Assembly (NCBI GenBank): GCA_033762255.1
Contig: JANRLT010000009.1
Span: forward strand, 410 to 64,409
Reading direction: 5' to 3'
From: Pirellulales bacterium
Lineage (GTDB): Bacteria; Planctomycetota; Planctomycetia; Pirellulales; JALHPA01
DNA length: 64,000 nt
Shown: positions 1-9,526 of the stretch, in pieces
Layout: each line of letters begins with the position of its first letter
How positions within the stretch are numbered: position 1 is the stretch's first letter
Program-made: the position numbers and the translations under genes
Notes under the pieces: generated by a model
The model's input: the letters and a program-made list of their open reading frames with translations, nothing else
The model's database searches: none
Told to the model about the DNA's origin: nothing

Positions 1-288
1 GGCGGGGATGATGTGTTCTGGGGGGGGACGGCGGGTAATGACAGCCTGCAAGGCGAAATAGGCGATGACTTGTATTACGTGACCGAGCGGGGGGCAAATT
101 TGGGACAAGTGCGGTTAATTGAACAATCCGGACAAGGGCAGGATACGTTGGATTTTACCTATTTTGCGGCGCTCGGGATGCCTATTCGGAGTATGGGAAA
201 TCAGGTCTTTAGCCGCCAAACATCGCAATTGCTGGCCACACTGGAAGGGAACAGCGGGTATTTTGAGCAGTGGCACGGCGCCCTGTAG
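1..288 (+). CDS. 3' end of a secreted RTX-like (GGxGxD) calcium-binding repeat protein; the 5' part lies outside the window
   Basis: Frame 1 is open from base 1 to the TAG at 286-288. The translation GGDDVFWGGTAGNDSLQGEIGDDLYYV contains GGxGxDxL-type nonapeptide repeats. Confidence 0.45.
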   Translation, partial: GGDDVFWGGTAGNDSLQGEIGDDLYYVTERGANLGQVRLIEQSGQGQDTLDFTYFAALGMPIRSMGNQVFSRQTSQLLATLEGNSGYFEQWHGAL

Positions 289-528
289 ATGGTTGATCAT
301 GCTTGGAGACAATTCCGGCAAAAAAACTTTCCGTGACACCGTTCCCCCGGTGGCAGCCGGAATGCCGCGCCTACTGCGAAGTTTCTAGCCGTATGTTACA
401 CTAATCCTAGTGTCTAATAAGCGCGGTGTTTAATAGGCCAGGCTGTGGAATGGGTCACAGTCAACAGACATGGGCCAATCCCCCCGCCGGGGATGGTCCG
501 GAACCACCAGATTTCATTGCGAGTAACT

Positions 529-1632
529 ATGTTGGGCTACTTGGCGGTACCGCTATCGATCTTAACAACCGCACTTTCCTGGGGAATGTACGGTGTGGTG
601 CTCAAATGGGGATCGGAGGAAATGGCCGGCAGCCGCCTGCGGTCGTTTATCTGCGTCGGACTGGCGTATTTTTTAATTGCGGTATTAGTGCCGGCGGTGA
701 TCTTGCGGATGCAAGGAGAAAAAGGAAGCTGGACGACCAGCGGCTTTTTGTGGAGCTTTATTGCCGGCGTGCTGGGGGCGTTGGGGGCGTTGGGGATTTT
801 GTTGGCCCTGACGTTCAAGGGTAGCCCCATCTACGTGATGCCGTTGGTCTTTGGCGGCGCTCCCGTGATCAACACGTTTACCTCGATGTTTTTTGCCCGC
901 AATTTCAAGGTCAATCCATTCTTTCTGGCGGGGATGATCCTGGTCATCGCGGGCGCGGCCCTGGTGCTGGTCTTTCAACCAAAGATCACCGGCGCTGTCA
1001 AAGGCCCCTTGCTGTTGGAAATGTGGGATTGGATCAAAATTATTGCTTCGATCACCCTGACGATTGTTTGCTGGGGCGCTTATGGGCCGACCTTGCATAA
1101 AGGTCAAATGGCCATGCAGGGAAGCCGGCTGCGCCCCTTGATTTGCGTCGGTCTGGCTTATTTTTTGGTCGCGGTGGTCATACCCTTTATGTTGATTCCC
1201 CTGGTCGACTCCACTCCCTCGGTCGCGGGGGGGTGGACCTTTGGCGGGTTCTTATGGAGCTTTGGGGCCGGGGCGGCGGGTGCTATTGGTGCTTTGGGCA
1301 TTATTCTGGCATTTAATTACGGCGGTAAACCGAACTATGTCATGCCGCTGGTGTTTGGCGGCGCGCCCATCGTTAATACATTTTTTTCGCTAGCAACCGC
1401 TTCGGGCACGCTCGAGCCGGTTAATCCGATATTTTATTCGGGGTTGATCATGGCGATCATCGGCGCGGTTTGCGTGCTGGTTTTTGCTCCCAAAGGGGGA
1501 GGCCCGCACGGCCTGCCCGCGGCCGCGCCACCCCCGGAATTTTCGGCCGCGCCGGCCGCATCTCATGCGGTCAACCCGTCCGCGGCTAGCGGCGTGGTGG
1601 CAACCGCCAATCCCGCCAGCACGCTCGAATAA
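529..1632 (+). CDS. 10-TM integral membrane protein with a 5+5 internal duplication (DMT/EamA-like architecture)
   Basis: ATG at 529 (the track's 445 is a GTG extension). The two halves align clearly: GSRLRSFICVGLAYFLIAVLVP...YVMPLVFGGAPVINTF versus GSRLRPLICVGLAYFLVAVVIP...YVMPLVFGGAPIVNTF. Each half has five hydrophobic helices. Confidence 0.7.
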   Translation: MLGYLAVPLSILTTALSWGMYGVVLKWGSEEMAGSRLRSFICVGLAYFLIAVLVPAVILRMQGEKGSWTTSGFLWSFIAGVLGALGALGILLALTFKGSPIYVMPLVFGGAPVINTFTSMFFARNFKVNPFFLAGMILVIAGAALVLVFQPKITGAVKGPLLLEMWDWIKIIASITLTIVCWGAYGPTLHKGQMAMQGSRLRPLICVGLAYFLVAVVIPFMLIPLVDSTPSVAGGWTFGGFLWSFGAGAAGAIGALGIILAFNYGGKPNYVMPLVFGGAPIVNTFFSLATASGTLEPVNPIFYSGLIMAIIGAVCVLVFAPKGGGPHGLPAAAPPPEFSAAPAASHAVNPSAASGVVATANPASTLE

Positions 1633-1806
1633 GCAAAGTTTCCGCCGCGTGGAGACATGCTAGCAAGCAGACGCGGCATGGGGGTGGCGGGGCGCTTCGG
1701 AATTGCCCAAATTTGCAAAACGATTTACAATTCCCAACCGCGCTGTTCGCGGGTCGCCGACCTGATTGTCGGTCAGCCGCGACGAATTGCCACTTGTTTT
1801 GCAAGG

Positions 1807-3198
1807 ATGCATCCCATGTCCGCACCGGTACCCCGGATCTCGTCGCCACTTGCGCCGCACGAGCAATTGCTGGCGGCCCGCCACATTTTAGCGCGCGAAG
1901 CCGAAGCCCTCGAACTGCTCTCCGCGCGACTCGATACGGAATTTTGCCGCGCGGCCGACTTGCTTGCCATGTGCGAGGGTAATCTCTTGTTATGCGGGAT
2001 TGGCAAGGCCGGGTTAATCGCCCAAAAATTAACCGCCACTTTTTCCTCCACGGGGACGCCCGCGCATTTTTTACATCCCGCCGAGGCGATCCACGGTGAT
2101 TTAGGCCGGGTGCGCCGCTCGGATGTGGTCTTGATCCTGTCGCAAAGTGGCGAGACCGAGGAAATCACGCGGATTTTGCCCCCGCTGCGCGAACTGGGGC
2201 CTCCCCTCGTGGCCATGACCGCCCGCCGCACTAGCTCCCTGGGGAAGGCCGCGGCGATTACCCTGGAACTAGGCAAACTGCAAGAAGCCTGCCCGTTGGG
2301 GTTAGCCCCCAGCACCTCCACCACGGCGATGTTGGGCCTGGGGGACGCGCTGGCTCTGGTGGTCAGCCAAATGCGCGGATTTGACCAGCGGGACTTTGCC
2401 CGATTGCACCCCGGCGGGGCCTTGGGCCGTAAATTGGCCAAAGTCGAGGACGTCATGCGGCCGCTGGGTGAATGCCGCCTGAGCTCTTGCGGGTTGACGG
2501 TGCGGCAAGTCCTGGCGACGGCGCGCATGCCGCGGCGGCGCACGGGGGCCATTATGATTGTCGACCCCCACGGTGTCTTGCGCGGCATTTTTACCGATAG
2601 CGACCTGGCTCGGCTATTCGAAACGCATAACGACCGGCAACTGGATCTACCCATTCGGCAAGTTATGACCAAGCACCCCCGCCAAGTGACGCTGGGGATG
2701 CCGCTAAGCTCTGCCCTGGAAATCTTGGCCGAACGTAAAATCAGCGAACTCCCCGTGGTGGATGCCGAACAGCGCCCCGTGGGTCTGATTGACATTACCG
2801 ATGTGCTGGGCATGTTTGAAGAACGCGGGCCGCTGCGCGCGGCGGTTGTGACCGGCAGCGCCGAGGCCGCGGGCGCTTCGACGATCACGAGCCCGATTCC
2901 CATTTCAGCGCCGTCGGACATTGGTCAAGGGAACGGCTTGCACACGGAGGAATGGATTATTTCGCAGGTGGAACCTGGCATGCCGGATATGCAGCGGCCA
3001 CCAACGGGAACCTGGATTGCCGCGGGCTGGCCGGAGGACCAAAATGCGAGCGCCGGCATGATTTACCCTGTCGGTCAAGCTTTGGCAGATATCCCAGCCG
3101 GAGCATCCCCGCCAACCGTAACCTCCAACGCGATTCCCCGGCCTAATTCTTCCGCCTTTTTTGGTCCCGCGCGCACTCCCCCCCGGACGCACGCGTAG
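1807..3198 (+). CDS. kdsD: Arabinose-5-phosphate isomerase (KpsF/GutQ/KdsD family: SIS domain plus CBS pair) with a ~120-aa Pro/Ala/Gly-rich C-terminal tail
   Basis: SIS motifs LLLCGIGKAGLIAQKLTATFSSTGTPAHFLHPAEAIHGDLG and VVLILSQSGETEE, followed by two CBS-like segments. The start is uncertain (ATG at 1807 or 1816; the ORF is open from 1657). Confidence 0.85.
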   Translation: MHPMSAPVPRISSPLAPHEQLLAARHILAREAEALELLSARLDTEFCRAADLLAMCEGNLLLCGIGKAGLIAQKLTATFSSTGTPAHFLHPAEAIHGDLGRVRRSDVVLILSQSGETEEITRILPPLRELGPPLVAMTARRTSSLGKAAAITLELGKLQEACPLGLAPSTSTTAMLGLGDALALVVSQMRGFDQRDFARLHPGGALGRKLAKVEDVMRPLGECRLSSCGLTVRQVLATARMPRRRTGAIMIVDPHGVLRGIFTDSDLARLFETHNDRQLDLPIRQVMTKHPRQVTLGMPLSSALEILAERKISELPVVDAEQRPVGLIDITDVLGMFEERGPLRAAVVTGSAEAAGASTITSPIPISAPSDIGQGNGLHTEEWIISQVEPGMPDMQRPPTGTWIAAGWPEDQNASAGMIYPVGQALADIPAGASPPTVTSNAIPRPNSSAFFGPARTPPRTHA

Positions 3199-3235
3199 TT
3201 TTTTTGAGGGGGTGTTCCCGTTTGAGGAAGTCCGC

Positions 3236-3757
3236 ATGTCCCTTGCCACGCGATGTCAGCGAGTCGAGTTGTTCTTATCGGATGTGGATGGCGTCCTGAC
3301 CGATGGGGGCGTGATTTTTGACAACCAAGGATTGGAAATCAAGCGGTTTCATATTCGCGACGGCTTGGGGATCAAGCTTTGGCAGCAGGCGGGGTATCGG
3401 TTTGGCATTATCACCGGCCGTGCATCCCAAATCGTGCGCGTGCGGGCGACAGAATTGGGGATTGATCTGTTACGCCAGGGGGTCGAGGACAAATGGGCGA
3501 TGGCGCGGCAGATGATTCAAGAATTGCAAATTCGACCGGAACAAGTGGCGTACATGGGGGATGATTTGCCCGATTTGCCCGTCATGCGGCAGGTGGGATT
3601 GGCGATCGCTCCGGCGGACGCCGCGCGCGAGGTGCGCAACGCCGCGCACCTGATCACCGAACTGCGCGGGGGACAGGGGGCGGTGCGCGAAGCGTTGGAG
3701 GCGGTGCTGCAGGCGCAGGGGCGCTGGGAATATCTGGTTCAAAAGTATCAACCCTAG
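3236..3757 (+). CDS. kdsC: KDO 8-phosphate phosphatase (HAD-IIIA, YrbI/KdsC family)
   Basis: DVDGVLTDGG, GIITGR and YMGDDLPDLPVM motifs. The ATG at 3236 is preceded by GAGGAAG. Confidence 0.85.
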   Translation: MSLATRCQRVELFLSDVDGVLTDGGVIFDNQGLEIKRFHIRDGLGIKLWQQAGYRFGIITGRASQIVRVRATELGIDLLRQGVEDKWAMARQMIQELQIRPEQVAYMGDDLPDLPVMRQVGLAIAPADAAREVRNAAHLITELRGGQGAVREALEAVLQAQGRWEYLVQKYQP

Positions 3758-3802
3758 CCGGTTGGCGGCTGGGTCGATCCGCGGCACTTTTATTAGGTTG
3801 TT

Positions 3803-6800
3803 ATGCCTCGGTGGCGACGGACATTTTGGGGATTTTTACTCACGCTGGCGGCCTTTTGGCTGTATCAAGCGCTCGCCGCCCCCTGGCTAGAGCCCCAGGC
3901 GCAATGGCATACAAACGCCTCAACGGTCAGCGACCAACAATATGAGGCCGCACAAAAAGAGGCCGAACGCCTGGAACCCTATCAGTACTTGTTTCCCGAG
4001 GGATCATGGGAGCGGCAAAAGCCAATCTTACTGGAAAGCGCGGGAACCATGTTCCTGCTCGAAAGCTATGAGAATCTGCGTGACGGACGGATAAAACTCT
4101 CTCGCTGCTCGCTGGTGTTTTTACCCGATGGAGAAGTGGATTTTATCAATCCGCAAAAGCGCATCCTCATCCTGCAAGCACCTGAGGGCGCAATCTTAGA
4201 ATTTGACCAGCCGATCGACTTGCAACGGGCCAAGGTGGGAAAGTTGATCGGCGGAGTGCTGGCGGGAAACGTGATCATTCGCGGTACGCCCAGCCGTCCG
4301 GGAGGGGACGACGCCCTGATCGCCCAGACTAGCAATGTCAGCATGAACGAAGAGCAAATGTGGACGGAAGCGCCGGTGCAGGCGAGTTTGGGTCCGCATC
4401 GGCTGGCGGGTCGGGGGATGATGTTGCGGTTCTTGCCAGCGCCGGCCGCCACGGGCAAGCAGCGCGGTCCGCGAGTCGGGGGGATCGAAAGTTTCTCCCT
4501 GGCCACCGAGGTACGGATGCTTTTACAACCGGGCCAGGGAGGATTTTTACCCGGCGACCGCGAGCGGAGCACTGCCGCCGCGGGGATTCAACCCCCCTCA
4601 CACCTGGCCCCCGTGGAGCCGCCGCTGGAAATACGCTGTCAGGGGGAATTTTTGTTTCACATGGTGCAGCGGCTGGCCACATTTCAGGATCAAGTAACGG
4701 TGTTGAGGTTGTTTCCCAATCAACCCGCCGATCAACTTACTGCCGAATGGCTGCAGGTGGAGTTTCAGGCCCGGCAAAAATCCCCGGCCGCCGTGGCTCC
4801 AGCCAGTGCCACGGCCTCGAATGGTACCGCCAATCCCTCCACAGCGCTTGAGCCGCGCGCCATTCATGCGCGGGGACGTCCCGTGGCCATCCGCGCGCCT
4901 TCCAGTCAACTTAACTTAGATGCCGAAGCGATCCAGTATGATTTGCTAACCGGACGGGTCGCACTCGATGGTGAACGCGAAGTCCATGTGGTCCAGGGGC
5001 AAAATGAATATCATGGCCGCGGGGTCACCTATGAGCCGGGACCGACCGGCGGGTTGGGACGCCTGGCCGCCACGGGACCGGGCGTGTTTAAGGCGATCAA
5101 TCCCGATCCCGCGCGGGGCAAGTTGGAGATAGAGTTTGCCCGTTCATTAAAAATGCGACCCCACGAAAGAAATCAAGTGATTTCGATACTGGGCAACGCG
5201 CGGGTGGCCTCCAGCACATTTGGCGAATTAACAGGAGCGGAAATCCACTTTTGGCTCTGGGAACAACCCGTCAATTCCCGGGCAAAAACAACGCAACTAC
5301 CCCCCGTTGGCCAGGGAGGCGGAATTTCCGCGGGGTTATTAGGTAACGCGGGGACGGTCAATGCCCTGCCTGATCGGTTGCTGGCGACGGGCCACGTCAA
5401 TTTTCGCACACCACAAATCACCGGACAGACAGAACGCCTGGAGGCTTGGTTTGATACGGTCTCCCCGGTTAAAAACAGACAACCCTCCTCCACGCCTGAT
5501 TCGAGCTCTCCGCCGCGAATTGTTCCCATCCAAACCAACGCGGTCCCTCCGGGACCGGTTCGGCAAACCGTGGGCTATCCGCCAGACGCCGCCAGTCCCC
5601 TGGCGGGACTGCCGCACAATCCTCCCGCCCAGCCCCCCGAATCCCGCTATGATGTGCGCGGCGAGTTGATCCGCGTGCAATTTACCGCCGCCAGCGGTCA
5701 GCAGGCGTTGGAGGACATCACCATTGATAATGGGGTGCGGTTGCAAGAATTTTCCACTGACGGGCAGGCGACGCGGGGCTTGGCGATTATCGGTGACCAC
5801 CTGGAAGTCTTGCGGGCCACGGCCCCCACCGCCGAAATGACCGTCACTGGCAAACCCGCCCTGGTCAGCGCGCGGGGCCTGGAGTCGCAGGGGGATATCA
5901 TCAAACTGTTGCGCGGTGAAAATCGCGTGTGGATCGATGGAGTCGGGCGGGTGAAATTGCCACCGGGGGGGGGCCGCAATATTTTAGCGCCAGGTGTCGC
6001 GGGACAGCCCGTGACACCCGCAAACAACACTCCGCCCCTGCCAACCAACGCGGAACCGATTGTGATTGATTTTGCCCGTGGGCTAAATTTTGACGGTCAA
6101 GTGATTGCAATCACGGGAGATGTGCTAGTCACGATGAAAAGCCAGCGGACAAACGCTTCCCGCTCGCTCAATCGACCAACGAATCTACCCGCAACCAGCG
6201 CGGCGGTTTCCTCACCGCAAAATCAGCCACTCATTACCGAGACCCGCACCCTCCGCACCCAGCGAGTCGCGGTCAAATTAACGGAACGAATCAATTTTCA
6301 AGAGTTGAACAGTGGCAGCGCGTTGCTATCCCGCGAAATTGTTCCGTCCGGCGGCAATCAATCGAATCAGCCGGAGTTCCCCCTGGCTGAACAACCAGCC
6401 GAAGCCGCAACCACCCAGGTGGAGACCGTGACTTGTGACCAGGGGGTTGTGGTGGAAACTCGCGAGGACGATGCCGGGGGGAATGCCCTGAGTTGGCAGC
6501 AGCTACGGGCCGAGAGCGCCATCCTCAATCAAATAACGGGAGAAATCCAAGGGACCGGTCCCGGAGAACTAATTAGCCTACGCCAGGGCCGACCTGCTTT
6601 GCCAAATGCCGCCGGCACAAGAACCTCCCCGGCCGACGCTTCCACCGGATTGCAGTATTTGCATATCGATTACCGCCGGGGTTTTCAGGGGAATTTGTTG
6701 CGCCGCTTTGTGTCATTTGACAACCAAATCTTGGCTGTCACAGGTCCTGTGGCGGGGTGGACTGAAAAACTCGACCCCAACTATCCCGAACGCCTCGGTC

Positions 6801-7138
6801 CGCAGGGCATGGTGCTCAATTGTGATCGCTTGATCGTGGCCGAAGCGCCGACCTCCACCGCCGCTGGGGCCGCCACCGTCGAATTACAAGCCGTGGGTAA
6901 CACCATTGTTGAGGGAGCCGCTTACACCGCCCGCGCGTATCGCCTTACTTATGCCCAAGCCAAGGATCAACTGGTTTTGGAGGGAGATGGGCGGACGGAC
7001 GCAGAGGTAAATTACCAAGCCCAAGCGGGGGGCAAGCTGTCCCGCGCGGCGGCGGCCCGGCTGATGTTTTGGCCCGGCACCAACCGCGTGGATATATCAG
7101 AAGCAAGAATGGTTGATCTCAGTCAATTAGGCCAATAA
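3803..7138 (+). CDS. Large N-terminally membrane-anchored protein with repeated OstA/LptA/LptC-like beta-strand motifs (function inferred, not proven)
   Basis: Uninterrupted 1111-aa ORF. It has a single N-terminal TM helix (FWGFLLTLAAFWLYQALAAPW) and repeated LptA-like signatures, e.g. AYTARAYRLTYAQAKDQLVLEGDGRTDAEVNYQ. It sits directly after kdsD-kdsC. Confidence 0.6.
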   Translation: MPRWRRTFWGFLLTLAAFWLYQALAAPWLEPQAQWHTNASTVSDQQYEAAQKEAERLEPYQYLFPEGSWERQKPILLESAGTMFLLESYENLRDGRIKLSRCSLVFLPDGEVDFINPQKRILILQAPEGAILEFDQPIDLQRAKVGKLIGGVLAGNVIIRGTPSRPGGDDALIAQTSNVSMNEEQMWTEAPVQASLGPHRLAGRGMMLRFLPAPAATGKQRGPRVGGIESFSLATEVRMLLQPGQGGFLPGDRERSTAAAGIQPPSHLAPVEPPLEIRCQGEFLFHMVQRLATFQDQVTVLRLFPNQPADQLTAEWLQVEFQARQKSPAAVAPASATASNGTANPSTALEPRAIHARGRPVAIRAPSSQLNLDAEAIQYDLLTGRVALDGEREVHVVQGQNEYHGRGVTYEPGPTGGLGRLAATGPGVFKAINPDPARGKLEIEFARSLKMRPHERNQVISILGNARVASSTFGELTGAEIHFWLWEQPVNSRAKTTQLPPVGQGGGISAGLLGNAGTVNALPDRLLATGHVNFRTPQITGQTERLEAWFDTVSPVKNRQPSSTPDSSSPPRIVPIQTNAVPPGPVRQTVGYPPDAASPLAGLPHNPPAQPPESRYDVRGELIRVQFTAASGQQALEDITIDNGVRLQEFSTDGQATRGLAIIGDHLEVLRATAPTAEMTVTGKPALVSARGLESQGDIIKLLRGENRVWIDGVGRVKLPPGGGRNILAPGVAGQPVTPANNTPPLPTNAEPIVIDFARGLNFDGQVIAITGDVLVTMKSQRTNASRSLNRPTNLPATSAAVSSPQNQPLITETRTLRTQRVAVKLTERINFQELNSGSALLSREIVPSGGNQSNQPEFPLAEQPAEAATTQVETVTCDQGVVVETREDDAGGNALSWQQLRAESAILNQITGEIQGTGPGELISLRQGRPALPNAAGTRTSPADASTGLQYLHIDYRRGFQGNLLRRFVSFDNQILAVTGPVAGWTEKLDPNYPERLGPQGMVLNCDRLIVAEAPTSTAAGAATVELQAVGNTIVEGAAYTARAYRLTYAQAKDQLVLEGDGRTDAEVNYQAQAGGKLSRAAAARLMFWPGTNRVDISEARMVDLSQLGQ

Positions 7139-7157
7139 GCAGCAATAAAGCTTAACA

Positions 7158-7571
7158 TTAAATCGCCCGAAACGGCAAAATCTGTCTCACACGGGGGTCC
7201 CGCAGCCATAATCCCCCCCATAACATCACGCCCAAAAGAATCGGCATAAAGTATTCGCCGGGGCCATCGCCAATGCGGACATGGGTGGCCACCGCCCCCC
7301 CTAGATAACCGGTCAAGAGGATAGCCCCCAGTCCAGCGGTCTGGGGAATGATATACAAGGCGACACAGATAAGTTCGACCACGCCGACCCCGCGCATAAG
7401 GTCCATCGTCCAGCCAGACTTTGCCAGACCCTCGGCCATTTTCTCTCCCCCCGCGAACTTAAAGTATGCGCTCATCATCAGCATCAGCACCGGGAGCGTG
7501 CTAATAACATAACCTGCCCAGGTCATCATGTGGGGATTATGGGGATACGTGTCGTCGGGGGTTGTTGTCAT
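7158..7571 (-). CDS. DoxX-like family small membrane protein
   Basis: Four hydrophobic helices. The motif LLTGYLGGAVATHVRIGDG is typical of the DoxX-like family. Confidence 0.7.
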   Translation of the reverse strand: MTTTPDDTYPHNPHMMTWAGYVISTLPVLMLMMSAYFKFAGGEKMAEGLAKSGWTMDLMRGVGVVELICVALYIIPQTAGLGAILLTGYLGGAVATHVRIGDGPGEYFMPILLGVMLWGGLWLRDPRVRQILPFRAI

Positions 7572-7757
7572 TTTTTTCCCTGGAAAATATTGCTTGTCTG
7601 GGAAACATTTTATGGTGTTGCCTGCCTATTGGCAATCCCGCATCAGACATATTAGTAAGGGAATGATAGTAAAATAGACATTGTCCGTGACCACGGCCTG
7701 CAGCCGCAATATTAAGAATAGCGACAAAAAATCTTCAGCTGAAACAGAATGATGGCA

Positions 7758-8369
7758 TTAGGCTTTTATTGACGAAACACGATTACGATAAAGGCCGGGA
7801 TCGATGGCTGCTAACATTTTTTCAGAATCAACATGATTGGATAAGAAATGGCGAATGCGCGCCGCCTGAAAATGGGGCTCGGCCAAGAGCGTGTTATAGC
7901 TAACGGGCAATACCGCGAGGTGCGATTGTTCTTTTTCCAACCACGTGTGGAGTTTTTGCAGATGCAAGAGGTAGGCTTTTTGGATCGCATCACGCGGGGC
8001 AACGGGCTGACCCAGGCGCACGAGCATTTTTTCTTGCGAGGCAATAATTTCCTGTAAATTGCGCTCCATCAGGATGACGCGGTATCGTTCCGTCACGGGG
8101 AGGTCGTACAACAGTTGCGAGACCAGCTTGACCGCCTGGCCCCGAATCCCCGGCACCCAAGAGCTATCGTGCTTGAGCCGCTTGACCGCTTCAAATTCGC
8201 AATAGCCATGCGGGTTGTCGCTGTCCGCGGCGCGAATTTTGTCGGTAACGATGGGCATTCCCCCCGCGGCCAGCATTTGCATCATAAGGGATGTACCGGA
8301 ACGGGGCAGACCGGAAACGACCACAATATCGGTCAACATTTCACCCGATGGGGAATTGGCGGGGGGCAT
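7758..8369 (-). CDS. Sulfotransferase family protein
   Basis: N-terminal 5'-PSB-like loop VVVSGLPRSGTSLMMQML. Size and layout fit small cytoplasmic sulfotransferases. An alternative ATG lies at 8339. Confidence 0.65.
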   Translation of the reverse strand: MPPANSPSGEMLTDIVVVSGLPRSGTSLMMQMLAAGGMPIVTDKIRAADSDNPHGYCEFEAVKRLKHDSSWVPGIRGQAVKLVSQLLYDLPVTERYRVILMERNLQEIIASQEKMLVRLGQPVAPRDAIQKAYLLHLQKLHTWLEKEQSHLAVLPVSYNTLLAEPHFQAARIRHFLSNHVDSEKMLAAIDPGLYRNRVSSIKA

Positions 8370-8414
8370 AAAATAAGTCGTGAGAAAAAATCGAGGATGG
8401 AGGGGACGAAAAAA

Positions 8415-9254
8415 CTATAAATTCACGCGCAGCGGTTTGCTCAGCAGCCACGCCGCGACCAGCGAAATCACAAACCAACTGATGAGCCAAGTGCGTGTGC
8501 CGCTGATCCAGGAGAGGCGGGGAGGGTAGTCGATGCTGATCCATTGCACGGGACTATCGGGGGAGAATGGTCCTTCCGCGGGATGCAGCAAGGCTGTTTG
8601 CCAATCCATCGCGGGGCGCAACAGGCTGACGCGCGGCGTCTCGTGGGAGTGCTGGCCGACGGCAATTTGCTTGGTAACGGTTGTTCCCCCCACATTCAGC
8701 CGTAATTCGTGCTGGCCGGGTATTGATGCCTGCAAGCGAAAGCAAACCTGGTTTTGGCTGGCGACGCGCACCGGACCCAGGTTCGCGCTGATCGCGGAAT
8801 GCGGCTCCAGGCTGACGGTGGCGTCGGGGGGGACATCGGGCCGCATTTGCATGGTAAGTATTACTTCCTCTCCCGCGAGCAGCGGCCGCGCCTGGTACCA
8901 GAGCGACAATTGTCCCAATAGCAAAAGCGTGGGGACCAGCATGACCAGCATCGGCACGACGGCATACGCCACCGAGATCGTCGCCCCCCCCAACACCCGT
9001 AAAATGGCCAGCAGACAGACGCGCAGATCATCCTTAAAGAGCGACAAAGCCAGCAAATTGGCTTTGATCCGCGCGCGGGTCCGCTGGATTGCCGCTTGGG
9101 GCGAGGTGTACTTATACACCACCAGCATGATAACGCCCGTTACCACGGCGATTACCGCCAGTGAGAGCGCGGCGGGCCATCCCGTCAGCGGGCCTAGGAC
9201 CATTTGTCCCAGCGCATTGGCCAGTTGGTTGCCGATGGTAATTAGTTGTGTCAT
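8415..9254 (-). CDS. Membrane protein of unknown function: N-terminal helices, a central beta-rich domain and a C-terminal TM
   Basis: Hydrophobic segments AALSLAVIAVVTGVIMLVVY, AVVPMLVMLVPTLLLLGQL and WLISWFVISLVAAWLL. It is packed between operon neighbours with 29- and 45-nt gaps. Confidence 0.6.
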   Translation of the reverse strand: MTQLITIGNQLANALGQMVLGPLTGWPAALSLAVIAVVTGVIMLVVYKYTSPQAAIQRTRARIKANLLALSLFKDDLRVCLLAILRVLGGATISVAYAVVPMLVMLVPTLLLLGQLSLWYQARPLLAGEEVILTMQMRPDVPPDATVSLEPHSAISANLGPVRVASQNQVCFRLQASIPGQHELRLNVGGTTVTKQIAVGQHSHETPRVSLLRPAMDWQTALLHPAEGPFSPDSPVQWISIDYPPRLSWISGTRTWLISWFVISLVAAWLLSKPLRVNL

Positions 9255-9283
9255 GTGCGTGGTGGGTGATTAATTGTCGCGGC

Positions 9284-9469
9284 CTATTCGATATAGCCCA
9301 ATCCCCGCAGTTGGTCGGTCACTAATTTTTCGGCATCATCCAGCTTTAACCGGCTGATTTCTTGTTCCAGGCAATGCGCGGCAAATTCTTGCACGCTGCT
9401 GTATCCGGCCAGGGTGGCCGCCTGGGTGGCGCGTTCAAAGAGGCCGTTATCAAGTTCGATCTTTGGCAT
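9284..9469 (-). CDS. 61-aa hypothetical protein (helical, possibly a ribbon-helix-helix-like or adaptor protein)
   Basis: ATG-initiated ORF sitting tightly within a co-directional operon. No recognisable family motif. Confidence 0.45.
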   Translation of the reverse strand: MPKIELDNGLFERATQAATLAGYSSVQEFAAHCLEQEISRLKLDDAEKLVTDQLRGLGYIE

Positions 9470-9526
9470 GGGTGGGAGTAAGTGAGAATTGAGTGGTGAA
9501 GGGGGAAAATAGTGGGTAAATCTAGT

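Noticed and set aside
1773-2921. 382-aa ORF antisense to kdsD
   Set aside because: It lies entirely within the clearly recognisable KpsF/KdsD coding region on the other strand. Its Arg/Ser/Ala-rich composition is typical of shadow ORFs in GC-rich DNA.
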